DNA of 64,000 nt, from the NCBI RefSeq assembly GCF_053078305.1, contig NZ_CP166879.1. One strand, written 5' to 3'. Every line of letters begins with the position of its first letter. The stretch's first letter is position 1. The position numbers were made by a program, and so were the translations under genes. Below, piece after piece: positions 63,536 through 64,000 of the stretch. The notes under the pieces were generated by a model that did no database searches, was not told where the DNA came from, and was given only the letters and a program-made list of their open reading frames with translations.

Positions 63536-64000
63536 TTAATTTTGACGGGATCGGTAATGACCGCCGTATACCGCTGATTGAGGTTGAGTTTAATAACTCC
63601 ATGGCTGTCACCGGCACCCCGGCACAGCGTCAGTGTGTACTGCTGTTTGGTCAGGCGAGAATGAAAGAGAATGCCGTGGACGGTACCGGTGTTCTGGATG
63701 TTCCGGTCAGGATCACCCGTGCGTCTCAGGCAACAGAACTCTGGGGGCGCGGCTCCATGATTGCCCTGATGGTGGCGGAATTTATCGCCATCAATCCTGA
63801 TGCTGAACTGTATGCCATTGCTCAGGGGAACGGCACCGGACAGGCAACGGCTGCGGCCATGAATCTGACCGGAACGGTCACCCGTGACGGGATTGTTTAT
63901 GCCTGCGTGGGGGGGCGACGTTATACACTCCCGGCACCAAAAGGTAAGAAAGGCAAAGAACTGACCGACGAGCTGGCCGCGCTGATCAATGCCGATCCTG
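63532..64000 (+). CDS. tail sheath protein (Mu L-like), 5' part only
   Basis: ATG at 63532 after aggagaaacc RBS; open frame MINFDGIGNDRRIPLIEVEFNNSMAVTGTPAQRQCVLLFGQA... runs to window end. Confidence 0.65.
   Translation, partial: MINFDGIGNDRRIPLIEVEFNNSMAVTGTPAQRQCVLLFGQARMKENAVDGTGVLDVPVRITRASQATELWGRGSMIALMVAEFIAINPDAELYAIAQGNGTGQATAAAMNLTGTVTRDGIVYACVGGRRYTLPAPKGKKGKELTDELAALINADP

Larger units (their letters stand above)
40897..64000 (+). mobile_element. Mu-like transposable prophage, left end and first ~23 kb (continues beyond window)
   Basis: Mu gene order: leftward repressor, rightward ner, DDE transposase, B ATPase, gam, gemA, mor, lysis, terminase, portal, F, G, I, T, tail sheath; boundary begins TGTAACC... 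immediately inside the disrupted yegH; left boundary is approximate to within a few bp. Confidence 0.85.

Overview
Enterobacterial (Escherichia coli-like) chromosome segment, read here in reverse of the usual map orientation. Nearly all host genes are on the minus strand. From left to right: (1) the 5' part of gnd (3' end cut by the window edge); (2) a low-GC O-antigen gene cluster (about 2.9-14.2 kb) with wzx, wzy, four glycosyltransferases, a GalE-family epimerase and a full GDP-L-fucose pathway (gmd, fcl, gmm, manC, manB), preceded by a JUMPStart/ops element; (3) galF and an extra gne-like epimerase gene; (4) the complete colanic acid (wca/cps) cluster from wcaM to wza with three REP/BIME islands and a second JUMPStart/ops element, in which both gmd and cpsG carry single-base frameshifts; (5) a yegH gene truncated after codon 208 by (6) a Mu-like transposable prophage whose left end lies near 40897 and which runs past the window end (repressor, ner, DDE transposase, B ATPase, a roughly 5.6 kb block of small unknown early genes, gam, gemA, mor, SAR endolysin and spanins, terminase, portal, head genes, start of tail sheath). 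No rRNA, canonical tRNA or CRISPR array was seen. All calls rest on reading the supplied translations against remembered protein families; no database search was run. The most promising place for something undescribed is the prophage early accessory region, but I could not assign it a function from sequence alone.
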